From positions 1-48,224 of the forward strand of contig JAGBBH010000025.1 of NCBI GenBank assembly GCA_017938505.1: a DNA stretch of 48,224 nt, given 5' to 3'. The position numbers and the translations under genes were made by a program. The stretch is from Clostridia bacterium. Its GTDB lineage: Bacteria; Bacillota; Clostridia; Christensenellales; UBA1242. How positions within the stretch are numbered: position 1 is the stretch's first letter; each line of letters opens with the position of its first letter. The notes under the pieces are model-generated. The model was given only the letters and a program-made list of their open reading frames with translations. It was not told the origin of the DNA and made no database searches. Shown here in pieces: positions 17,296-27,900 of this stretch.

Positions 17296-18351
17296 ATGGC
17301 TTTATATAGCGTTGTTAGATTTGAAGGAACTTCGGACGATTGGTTGTTGTATAAATATAATGGAGATGAAATTAACAATAAATCAAAGTTAATTGTAAGT
17401 CCTGGTCAAGTGGCGATTATTGTTCATAACGGTAAAATTGAAAAAATATGCGAAGAGGGGACATTCACTCTTAATACGGAACTCTTGCCTATTTTAAAAA
17501 CATTCCAAAAGGGGCTTTATGGTGGAGATAATCCATATCCAGTTGAAATCTACTTCATTAATAAGAGATTGAAATTGGATTTGTTCTGGGGAACTGCAGA
17601 CCCAATAAAAATCCTTGATCCTGTTTATAAAATCCAATTAAGGCTTAGGGCGAGAGGTCAAATGGGTGTCAGATTGGCTGAATATCAATTCTTTTACCAA
17701 ACGCTTGTAGGGTCGTTATTAAAAAATAACTACATTACTTTTGATATAATAAGAGATTATTTTAGGGGTGTAATTAATCAAAGAATTAAGCGAATTTTGT
17801 CTAGTTTTATGATAAAACAAAAAATAACTTATTTTGAGATTGATCCACACCTTGATGTTATCCAGGAAGAGTTGCAAAAAGCGCTAAAAATTGATTTAAA
17901 TAAATTCGGCTTTGATTTGGTTAATTTGAGTGTTGAATCTATTAATGTTCCTGATGAAGACCTTGTTAAACTTAACGATATTTTGCATAAGAAAGCAGAA
18001 TATGAACAACTTGGAGATGATATTTATAGAACTGCAAGAGGTTATGATGTTCTGGAGGCTGGTGCCAAAAACAATAATTCTGCTTCAGCATTTATGGGTG
18101 TTGGATTGGGAATGCAAATGGCAAATGAAACAGGTGTTGCCGGTGGAATTATTCCTCCAAAAGCTCCAGTTTCTTCGAATAATAAAAAATTTTGTTCAAA
18201 ATGTGGTGCTCAAATTGCAAAGTCTGCAAAATTTTGCCCTGAATGTGGGGCAAGTCTGCAATTGAAGTGTCCAAGCTGCGACTTTGAAGTAACGGCAAGA
18301 CATAAATTTTGCCCAAATTGTGGAGAAAAACTGAAGAAGGAGGGGAACTAA
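17296..18351 (+). CDS. SPFH (band 7, 'virion core protein'-like) domain protein with C-terminal double zinc ribbon
   Basis: SKLIVSPGQVAII, WGTADPI..DP, GVGLGMQM, four CxxC motifs (CSKC, CPEC, CPSC, CPNC). GGAGGT RBS favours ATG 17296. Confidence 0.88.
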   Translation: MALYSVVRFEGTSDDWLLYKYNGDEINNKSKLIVSPGQVAIIVHNGKIEKICEEGTFTLNTELLPILKTFQKGLYGGDNPYPVEIYFINKRLKLDLFWGTADPIKILDPVYKIQLRLRARGQMGVRLAEYQFFYQTLVGSLLKNNYITFDIIRDYFRGVINQRIKRILSSFMIKQKITYFEIDPHLDVIQEELQKALKIDLNKFGFDLVNLSVESINVPDEDLVKLNDILHKKAEYEQLGDDIYRTARGYDVLEAGAKNNNSASAFMGVGLGMQMANETGVAGGIIPPKAPVSSNNKKFCSKCGAQIAKSAKFCPECGASLQLKCPSCDFEVTARHKFCPNCGEKLKKEGN

Positions 18352-18812
18352 TGAGAAAAAATATCTATTTTTCAATATGTATGTTTTTAGTTTTAGTTTT
18401 GGTTGCTGTAATTCCTTGTTTGCTTGATAACTCATTTTTACAAAGCAGTGTAAATATGGCGGTTTATTTGTCGGTAAAAATTGTTTTTGGGTTGTGGTTA
18501 ATCGTTGCAACGGTGCTCGTATTATGTAAGAAATTGGCTAACACAAGCGGTGTGATTTTGCTCTCAATTGCGGGGGTTGTTCAATTGGTTCCATTGTTGG
18601 CTAGATATGTGTTGCCTTTGAAGTCTGGATTAGTTTGGGTGATTGTAATTTCTGTTGTAATGCTAATTATTGCTGTGGGGTCATTTGGAATGCTGATGAT
18701 TAGTAATAAAAAAATGGTTGAAAGTGATAAAAAATTTGAAGGAAAAACTATTGAGGTGAAAGACGACAAACAAATGTATGATGAAAATAACCATTTTACT
18801 GGAGTTAAATAA
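18351..18812 (+). CDS. Four-TM membrane protein
   Basis: TAATG overlap with upstream stop, GGAGG RBS, four hydrophobic segments. Confidence 0.8.
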   Translation: MRKNIYFSICMFLVLVLVAVIPCLLDNSFLQSSVNMAVYLSVKIVFGLWLIVATVLVLCKKLANTSGVILLSIAGVVQLVPLLARYVLPLKSGLVWVIVISVVMLIIAVGSFGMLMISNKKMVESDKKFEGKTIEVKDDKQMYDENNHFTGVK

Positions 18813-19063
18813 TGGCAAAAAATGAGTGTGCAAATTGTGGCAATATGTTGAGTTTGAATGAACGAAAATGTAAATATTGTGGAACTGCAAACGAATATTT
18901 TGTAAATATGGTTGTATTGCCAGAAAACAAAAGCGAAAATTTGCAAAACAAAACAGAAGAAAAGAAGGTTGAAAAGACAGGTAGCGTTTTTGTGTTTTTT
19001 GTGTTGCTATTTTGCTGTTGGCCGATTGCTGTTCTTTACGCTATAATTAATTTTAGAAAATAA
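18812..19063 (+). CDS. Zinc-ribbon + C-terminal TM protein
   Basis: CANCG...CKYCG and a hydrophobic C-terminus; TAATG coupling. Confidence 0.8.
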   Translation: MAKNECANCGNMLSLNERKCKYCGTANEYFVNMVVLPENKSENLQNKTEEKKVEKTGSVFVFFVLLFCCWPIAVLYAIINFRK

Positions 19064-19064
19064 G

Positions 19065-19096
19065 AAAAAAAACAGTCTATTTTGACTGTTTTTTTT
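19065..19096. terminator. Bidirectional terminator
   Basis: A8-CAGTC-tatttt-GACTG-T8. Confidence 0.85.
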
Positions 19097-19121
19097 GTTT
19101 ATTTATATAATTGGAAAGAAA

Positions 19122-19502
19122 TTATACAATGTCTTTGTATAATCCAAGGTTGTAATACTCAGCAACCAATCTTATTAATTCTCCTGAAGTCGGCTTATCG
19201 TTGAGTTCGTAGAGTTGAATGTTAAACATTTTGTTTAATTCTGAAAAGCTTTTATTTATAAAAGTATTTTCGATTGCGTGGCGTATGCTTCTTTCAACGC
19301 AATTATCTTTTTTAACTTCGAATTTTTTTCCTATTTCTATGTAAAGGCGTTTGCACAGGTTGTGAATAAGTGATGGATTTAAAACAACCAGTTCAATTGC
19401 ATAACATAAATAGTTAAATCCTGCCAAATCGCATCTTATGCCAATTCTGATTAATGCTAATTTAATAATATTTCTCATATTTTCTAATTCGTTATTGTCC
19501 AC
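19122..19502 (-). CDS. Stand-alone Spo0A C-terminal DNA-binding domain protein
   Basis: GFNYL..AI, KRLYIEIGKKF, VERSIRHAIE, KPTSGELI match Spo0A_C; no receiver domain; GTG start with AAGGGA RBS. Confidence 0.88.
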   Translation of the reverse strand: MDNNELENMRNIIKLALIRIGIRCDLAGFNYLCYAIELVVLNPSLIHNLCKRLYIEIGKKFEVKKDNCVERSIRHAIENTFINKSFSELNKMFNIQLYELNDKPTSGELIRLVAEYYNLGLYKDIV

Positions 19503-19882
19503 GCGAAAATCCCTTTTTAAATTTTGTGCAAAATGTGTTAACGGCTCATTTTATAAGGCGGTTAATCATAGATATTATAGCATATTGTAAGTTGTTTGTA
19601 AATTGTTTTTCAATATTTTACAAATTATTTCAAAATGGTTTTATTTAATTAATTCCTTAAATTAATAAATAAAATAAGAGATATATACTAGTTATTTATA
19701 AATTAATTACGAGTGCAGGGATTGATATGAAAAATGATGTCTAAATAAGGTTTGAGGGTGTGTAAAAAATGGGACTTAATAAAAATGTGCTGGAAAAAAC
19801 GAATATGTTATACGATTTTATGTTGTTTTTTTAACAAAATAATGGTAAAATGTTTATGAAAAATAAAAAAAGGAGAAATAAT

Positions 19883-20344
19883 ATGAGAAAATTTGAGGTT
19901 GTTAAAGATGAGTTTATAAAATATGGAGTAAAAAAGGAAGATTTAAAGAAACCTTATAGGGCAACAAGGCATGCGGTTTGTTATGATTGCTTTTCTCCAA
20001 TAGATATCGTTATACCTGCGGAATCTACGGAACTTGTATTTATTAATTATAAAGCTTATTGTAATACAGATGAGGGATATATTTTGGCATCGACTAGCAG
20101 CCTTGGTAAAAAGGGGATTATTTTAGCAAACGGAATAGGAATAATTGAGAGTGATTATGCTGATAATGTAACAAATGATGGAAATATAGGATTTTTGTTG
20201 CATAATTTAAACAAAATTCCTTATCAGGTAAAGGCGGGAGATAAAATTGGTCAAATATTCTTTTTTAAATTTTTGACAGTTGATGATGATGTTCCTGCTG
20301 ATGTGCAAAGGACCGGTGGATTTGGTTCTACAAATAGAAATTAA
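19883..20344 (+). CDS. dut: Trimeric dUTPase
   Basis: GIIESDY, GDKIGQ, RTGGFGST motifs; AAGGAG RBS before ATG 19883. Confidence 0.9.
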   Translation: MRKFEVVKDEFIKYGVKKEDLKKPYRATRHAVCYDCFSPIDIVIPAESTELVFINYKAYCNTDEGYILASTSSLGKKGIILANGIGIIESDYADNVTNDGNIGFLLHNLNKIPYQVKAGDKIGQIFFFKFLTVDDDVPADVQRTGGFGSTNRN

Positions 20345-20349
20345 TTTCA

Positions 20350-20502
20350 ATAACATTTGTATCAAATGTTAAATGTAAAAGAATATTATTGTTCTTAAGA
20401 TTAAAAACGATATTCTTCGCTGTTTTTAATCTTTGTGTTGTGATGTGTTGGTTCAATAATATGAAAAATATGATGAAAATGATGGTTTTTCATCATATTT
20501 TT
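20350..20502. terminator. Three consecutive hairpins between convergent dut and ZIP genes
   Basis: TAACATTTG/CAAATGTTA; AAGATTAAAAAC/GTTTTTAATCTT; AAAATATGATGAAAA/TTTTCATCATATTTT. Confidence 0.6.
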
Positions 20503-20506
20503 TTAT

Positions 20507-21343
20507 TTAAAGGCATATGTCGAGAGCCATCATAAGCAAAAAACCAAAAATAAACGACCAAATTCCAAAAGAGTTGTAATTTTCTGTAGTAATTTCTGGT
20601 AAAAGTTCTTCAATAATTACATAAATCATAGCGCCAGCAGAGAAAGAAAGCAGCCAAGGAAGAAGAAATGTGAGTTGCGTGGCAAGATAAAAACCTATAA
20701 TTGCGAAGATTGGTTCTACAATTCCGCTTAAAAATCCCCCGAAGAACCCTTTAATTCTGCTTTTATAGCAGTTTTTGATTGGAATTGCAGTGGCGAGGCC
20801 TTCAGGAAAATTCTGTATGGAGATTCCGAGGGCGAAAAGAAATGCGGAAAATAGTGGGGAATTCGTTGCGATTGCGGTTCCGATAGCGAAACCGACTGAA
20901 AGGCCTTCTGGTATGTTGTGAATTGTTATAGCGGCAAAGAGTTTGAATGCTTTTTCTTTACTAGGCCGGGGGTTGTTAGTATTGTTCTTGCACAAAATGC
21001 TTTGTTTGTTATTGTATTTATCAAAAATCTTGTCTTTATATTGTTTTTTGGAGATGGATTTGCATATAAAATCAAGTAAAAACATAAAAAGACAGCCTAA
21101 AACAAAACTTGAGGCAACGGGAATTAGTGGGTGAAGGGTTGGATTTGTTGTTTTTGTTTCATCTAGGGCGGGAATAAGCAGGGACCATATTGATGCAGAA
21201 AGCATAATTCCGGAAGCGAAACCTAAAGTTAGGGTATTAATTAGTTTTGAAGGTTTAGAAAACAAGAATATTAATGCTGAGCCTAAGGTTGTGAGAAGGC
21301 AGGGAAGGGTGAAAGATAGGATTATTATTGAAATGTTGTTCAT
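20507..21343 (-). CDS. ZIP-family (GufA/ZupT-like) metal transporter
   Basis: LGFASGIML, ITIHNIPEGLSVG, IQNFPEG, SGIVEP, AGAMIYV..EELLPE. Start uncertain. Confidence 0.92.
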   Translation of the reverse strand: MNNISIIILSFTLPCLLTTLGSALIFLFSKPSKLINTLTLGFASGIMLSASIWSLLIPALDETKTTNPTLHPLIPVASSFVLGCLFMFLLDFICKSISKKQYKDKIFDKYNNKQSILCKNNTNNPRPSKEKAFKLFAAITIHNIPEGLSVGFAIGTAIATNSPLFSAFLFALGISIQNFPEGLATAIPIKNCYKSRIKGFFGGFLSGIVEPIFAIIGFYLATQLTFLLPWLLSFSAGAMIYVIIEELLPEITTENYNSFGIWSFIFGFLLMMALDICL

Positions 21344-21723
21344 TTTTTCATTAGTAAAAATTTTTTTACTCCTCCAGTTACATTTTATTTTGAAATCGAG
21401 TTTTTGACACAAGGGGTGGTTTTGGTGTTGTTTTTACAAAAATAGGGGTGAAATTTCAAAAAAATATTAAAAAATCGGTCAAAAATTAGGGTTTTTTGTT
21501 GTTTTTTGTCAAAACTGGTCAAAAAATTAAGGTTTTTAGGGTGTTTTTTGATAGTTTTTCAAAAAATGCAAAAAATATGGCAAAAAATGCTTAAAAAATG
21601 CCAAAAAAGCGCATTTTTAACAAAAATTAACAATCGCTACATTCCGCTAAATTACGGCGAAAGGGCGGTTTTTCGTGTGTTTCAAAATAATTAAAAAAAT
21701 TGCTCTAATTTTCGAGAATTAAA

Positions 21724-21752
21724 TTGACATTTTTGGTGAAATTATATATAAT
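21724..21752 (+). promoter_or_regulatory. Consensus SigA promoter of giant gene
   Basis: TTGACA 21724-21729, 17 bp, TATAAT 21747-21752. Confidence 0.85.
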
Positions 21753-21766
21753 AATCGCGTAAGAAA

Positions 21767-21889
21767 AAATTGCGAAAATTCTTGAAACGATTTTTGACTT
21801 ACACTCAAAATTTATATGCAGATAGTTCCCTTCCAAAAGATGACCTTTTGAAAAGGGGTTTTTGCGTATATTGAGAATTTTAGCAATTT
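21767..21889 (+). ncRNA. Structured 5' leader (candidate cis-regulatory RNA)
   Basis: Outer 16-nt arms complementary at 15/16, plus an inner stem TATATGCAGA..CCCTTCCAAAAG / CTTTTGAAAAGGGG..TTTGCGTATA. Confidence 0.5.
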
Positions 21890-21932
21890 AAGTCCAGAAG
21901 AAAAAACCAAAAAAAATAAGGAGAGAAATTTT

Positions 21933-24900
21933 ATGGATAATTTCAGACGCAAATTGGGACTTTATGTGGTGGCATTCTTTTGTATGCTCACCTCAGCGTT
22001 CGGAATTGGAGTTAGTTTGACACCTCAAACGAGTGTGCCATCTTTTTCCGTTTCTGAGAACGACAACACAGTTGAAGGAGGAGAAGAGCAAGAGGAAGAA
22101 ATTTCTTCAAATGCTCAAGCCGCTGTTAAAGCTGGAAGCAATAGCGACCTCTATATCACTTCAACAACAGCTTTGACATCGGGGAACAGTTATTCGTTCT
22201 ACAACTGTATCTTCAATTTGTCGAGTTCAAGTGCAGTTTTCTCTGGAGGGGCATCAAGCATCACGATGCAAGACTGTATCATTTTGAACACGTCAACTTG
22301 GGGACTTTCTCCAACAACATTGACAAATGTTTATTCCGAGGCTGCTTTGACAGGAGCAACAAGATTGTCAGATGTTGAAACGAAGTTGAAAGATGTTCGT
22401 TTCTTGGCTGCTCAATCTTATGGTGGGACATCATATTGGACAGGTGCTTGGGATTTTGCAAACACTTGGGTTTATGTTGCACAGGTTCACCCTAACTACT
22501 CTACAGGAAGTGAAAGCGCATCATACTCTCTTGCTATTCCTACAACATATGCATATTTGGGTTGGACTCCAGCTGGTCCATCAGGATATTATCGTGTTAC
22601 AGCACACTACAATGTTGAAGGTAGCACTGATGCATATCGTATTTATTTCAGCACATCAAACACTTCTGCAACTTTGAACAGAGGAACTATTTTCTCTCGT
22701 CCAGGTTATTCAAACAAGTGGGCATATTCTGCAGATGGTCAAGGTCAAAGTTCAATCACTATTGCGTCTGGTGGTGATATCTATGCAATTTGGGAACCTG
22801 CGGTTTATACAATCAGTTTCAATCAAAATAGTGGGTCTGGTGGACAAACAAGTGCTATATATTTGAAGTATGGCACAGGATTCTATTCTTCATTTAACTC
22901 TACTTCATATACAGTGAGTGGGGCTGTTTCTACAGTTACCCCTCCAACAAGAACTGGTTATACATTTAAAGGTTATTACACAGCAGCTTCTGGCGGAACT
23001 CAAATAACAAATGGGGCTGCTTCATATAACTCAACAACGCCAGTTTCAATTCTTTCTGGAAAGACAACATTCACAACATCAAACACGACATTGTATGCAC
23101 AATGGACAGTACATACATATACAATTTCATTCAATGGAAATGGTCATACAAGTGGAAGCACAGCAAGTGTTACTGCAACATATAATTCTACGAGAAGTTT
23201 GACGGCAAACGGCTTTGCAAAAACTGGACACACTTTTGTTGGTTGGGCAACAAGTTCTACTGGGTCAGTTGCATATGCAAACGGTGCAACATTGACTGCG
23301 GCACAAGTTAACTCTCATTACAGTTCGGTTGGCAGTGGTGGAACATTGACACTCTATGCAAAATGGACTGCAAACACCGTTGCTGTTACATTGAACGGAA
23401 ACAGCGGAACTCCAACACATTCTATGGTATATATTACTTATGGAACTAAGAATATATATGCTTCTAGAACTGGTTCGGCTTTGCCTTATGCTGGAAGTGG
23501 TTCAACAATCGCACCAAAGGCAAGCAGGTCATACTATACATTTAATGGTTTCTACACTGCGGCATCTGGTGGCACACAAATTATTAATGCAAATGGTGCG
23601 TTAGTTTCTAACTCAACCTACACTGCAGATGGAACAACTCTCTATGCACAATGGACAGGAAATACAATTACATTGACACTTGACCATAATGGTGGGTCGA
23701 GTTCAATGTCAAAGGTATATTTTAAGTACGGAACAAACACATTCTACAGCGACTCGGCTTGTGCAACAACAATCACAAAGGTTCCGGTTCCAACAAAAAC
23801 GGGTTACACTTATGTTCAATATAACGGTGATGGAACACAAGGTGGAACAGCTGGAGAAAGGTATATTTATACAGACGGAACATTTGCAAGCGACCTTTGC
23901 ACGGACATTCATGCAAATGCAACACTTACTGCACAATGGAATGTGAATACATATACAATCACTCTCAATCAAAACGGTGCGACAACAAACGGAACAGCAA
24001 GTGTTACGGCGACTTATGGCAGTGCGTCTTTAAGTTCTGGAATTACAAATCCAAGAAAAACGGGTTATACATTTGCAGGTTGGACATCTGCTCAAAATGG
24101 TTCAACGGTTGTTATCAACACGAGTGGTGCATTGGTTGCGAGCATTTCTGGTTACACAAACTCAAGCAGACAATGGACAAAAGATGGTGGAACAACACTT
24201 TATGCAAAATGGACAACAAATTCTTACACTGTTACAGCAAATGCAAATGGCGGAACAATTTCTACAACAGATGGTTGGTCTGGAACAGGTGCAAGTGCAA
24301 CAAAGTCAGTGGCTTACAATTCAACTTATGGCACATTGCCATCAGTAACAAGAACGGGTTACACATTCAACGGTTGGTATGACAAGAAAGACATTATGAA
24401 CTTTAACACAGCTTCTTGGAACGATGTGGTTGATTATAATGCAGGCACGGTTCGTTCAAACAAAGAAGGTTGGAACGGCTGGTGTGTTGGTTATTTGAAA
24501 AATCTTGGAATGGTTTCTGGAAAGAAATATACTCTTGAATTTTGGATTAAACTTGATGCGTCAAGCGGAACTATGCCAATGTCTACAAATACATGCTTTA
24601 TCAATGACAGCACAAGCGGAACATTTAATTCAATTGGAAATGTTACAACTTCTTGGCAAAAACTTTCAGCAACATTTACATATACTCCTGTTTCTAGTGG
24701 AAATTATGTAAATGACTCCCTTCACATTTATCCTTCATTGAATAACGGATCGGGATTGGAAGTTATTGTTAAAGGATTTAGATTGCTTGAAACTGATTCT
24801 TCTGTAAAGGTTGAAGCAACAACAACAATGACATCTGCGGCAGACCATACAATTACAGCAAGTTGGACTGCAAACACTGTAAATCTCACTTTGAACGGGA

Positions 24901-27900
24901 ATGATGTTAAGGAAAACAATGGTTCAACAACAGCGACAATTGGTGGAACATCAAATTCAAAAACAGTTTCTGTTACTTATGACACAACAAAGAGTGTTTC
25001 TGTTGCAAGCAGAACGGGTTACTCTTTTAAAGGTTACTACACTGCAAAAACAGGCGGAACTCAAGTTGTAAACTCAAGTGGAAATTTTGTTGCAAGTGTT
25101 TCTGGTTATACAAACTCAAGCGGTGCTTGGGCAAAAGAATCTGCAACAACGCTCTATGCTCAATGGACTGCTGGTACATATACAATCACACTCAATCAAA
25201 ACAGCGCAACAACAAATGGGACAACAAGTGTTACTGCAACTTTTGATAGTGCGACACTTGCAACTATCACTGCTCCAAAAAGAACGGGTTACACATTTGG
25301 TGGCTGGTCAACAGCATCAAGCGGTGGAACAGTTGTTATCAACACAAGTGGTGCCTTTGCTGCGAGCATTTCTGGTTATACAGATTCAAGTTCAAGATGG
25401 ATTAAGGCTGGAACAGCAACACTTTATGCAAAATGGACAGCAAACACAGTTAAGGTTACTTTGAACGCAAATAAGCCTGGTTCTTCAACAGTTTCTCAAA
25501 GTTACTCTACTATATATGTAACATATAATACTAAGAATATGTATTCTTCTAGAAGTGGCTCTGCTTATCCATATACAGCAGGCACATCAATCAGTGATGC
25601 AATAGCAAGTTGCACGGGTTACACATTCAACGGGTACTATACAGCAACTTCTGGTGGAACGCAAATCATAAATGCAAGTGGTGCGTTGGTTTCAAACTGG
25701 ACAACAAATGCGGCAGACGGTCAAAATCTTTATGCTCAATGGACAGTTAAATCTTACACAGTAACTGCAAATGCAAATGGGGGAACAATTCCAACAACAA
25801 GTGGTTGGACGGTTGCTTCTGGTGGTGGAAGTGCAACAAGAAGTGCAGATTGTAATTATGATGCGGCTATGGGGAACGATACATTGCCAGAGCCAACAAG
25901 GGCAGGTTATGATTTCAAGGGTTGGTATAACAACAGTTCGTTTACAACACAAGTTACTGCAAGTTCAACGCTTACAACTTCAAATGCAACAATTTCAGGA
26001 ACTTCTGCAACAATCTATGCAAAATGGACAGAGCATGTCTATACTCTTTCATTTGACGCAAATGGTGGAAGTGTTGCTCCTGAATCAATGACAATTGCAT
26101 ATAAAGCAACGGTAAGTTTGCCAGAATTTACTACATTGTCAAAGACAGGTTACACATTCGCTCATTGGCTTATTGGAAGCACTCAAATTAAGACTGGAGA
26201 TATTTGGAATTACACAGCAAACCAAACAGCAGTTGCTCAATGGACAGCAAACCCATATACATTGACATTGAACGCAAACAGCGGAACGATTTCAGCAAGT
26301 TCAGGAAATTGGACCGGTTCTGGTTCCTCTGTTACAAAATCTGTAACATATAACAGTGCAATTGGAACAATTCCAACTTCTTCAAACATTTCAAGAACAG
26401 GTTACACATTTGGTGGTTGGAAGATTAGTTCAACAACAATCACATCTTCAACAACTTGGACTTATGCATCTAACCAAACTGCAACTGCTCAATGGACTGC
26501 AAATACTGTTTCAATAACATTGAACGGAAACAAGGGTAGTGGTTCTTCGAGTGTTTCTCAAACATATTCAACAATTTATGTAACTTATGGAACGAAGAAT
26601 GTTTACTCTGCAAGAACTGGTTCTGCACTCCCTTATGCAGGAAGTGGTTCAACGGTTTCTCCAAAGGCAAGCAGAACTGGTTACACATTCAAAGGTTACT
26701 ACACAGCTGCAAGTGGCGGAACTCAAATCATCAATGCAAGCGGTGCATTTGTAAACAACTCAACTTATTCGGCAGACGGGACAACTCTCTATGCTCAATG
26801 GAGTGCGATTGAATATATGGTCCAAGCGCTTGCTGAGGGAGGAGTGTTCCCTGAGAACAATGGTTGGACTTATGATAGTGATGATGTTGCAATAACATAT
26901 ATCAATTATGATGAGGCGTTTGGAACTTTGCCTACTGCAACATACACAGGTTATTATTTGGCAGGTTGGTATAACAACTATGCTGGAACTACAAAAATTT
27001 CAACAACATCAACTTTGACAACATCAACGGCTGATTTTTCTAGTGGAACTCCTACTATCTATGCTAAATGGACGCCAATCACGGTTACAATCACACTTGA
27101 TGCGACAACAAATGGCGGAACTTTGTCAGGTTCAACTCCTGTTTATGCTCAATATGATAAGAGTGGACTCTATTCAAACTCTACTCTTGCAACTTCAACA
27201 AGTCCAAAAGCAACAAAAACTGGACACACATTCAAGGGTTGGTTTACTTCTGCAACTGGTGGAACTCAAATAATCGACGGAAATGGTTCAGTTCTTGCAA
27301 CAAACAACTGGTATTCTCATTCATCTGTAAGTGGAAGCAGTGCAACATTGAAACTTTATGCTCAATTTACAACATTAAGTTACACAATCTATGCAACAAT
27401 GGGTGATGCAGATGGTTGGGCTTCAACCGCAAATTGGACGCAAGAAACTTCAGGAACTTACAATGGTTCACTTTCTAAATCTGTTGCATACGGCAGTGCT
27501 TATGGCACATTGCCAACACCATACAGAAATGGTTACACTTTTAAAGGCTGGTTTACGGCAGCAAGTGGCGGAACTCAAGTAACATCTTCAACAACTTTGA
27601 CTTCTGCATCAACTCAAGTTATCTATTCTCAATGGACTGTTAACACATATACAATCACATACGACTTGGACGGCGGTGCGTGGGCGTCTGGTTACGCTCC
27701 TGTAACATCATATAAAACAACAGACACTTCAACTTTGCCAACAGCAACAAATGTTGTGAAAACTGGGTATTCTGTAGACTTTTGGCTTTGTGAATGTGGC
27801 GAAGATGGGAATTGGAATAACGGCGTTCCTGACACGGTGTATGGAATGTATGGAGATGTAACGATTAGGGCGAGTTGGTATGTGCATACTATTCCTCTTG

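Noticed and set aside
16105-19500. Genomic island integrated at tRNA-Ser
   Set aside because: No integrase or duplicated tRNA 3' end found downstream.
21767-21830. c-di-GMP-I riboswitch
   Set aside because: Only a loose GCGAAA...GAAA...GAC resemblance; the conserved GACGCAAAG and second-stem features are absent.
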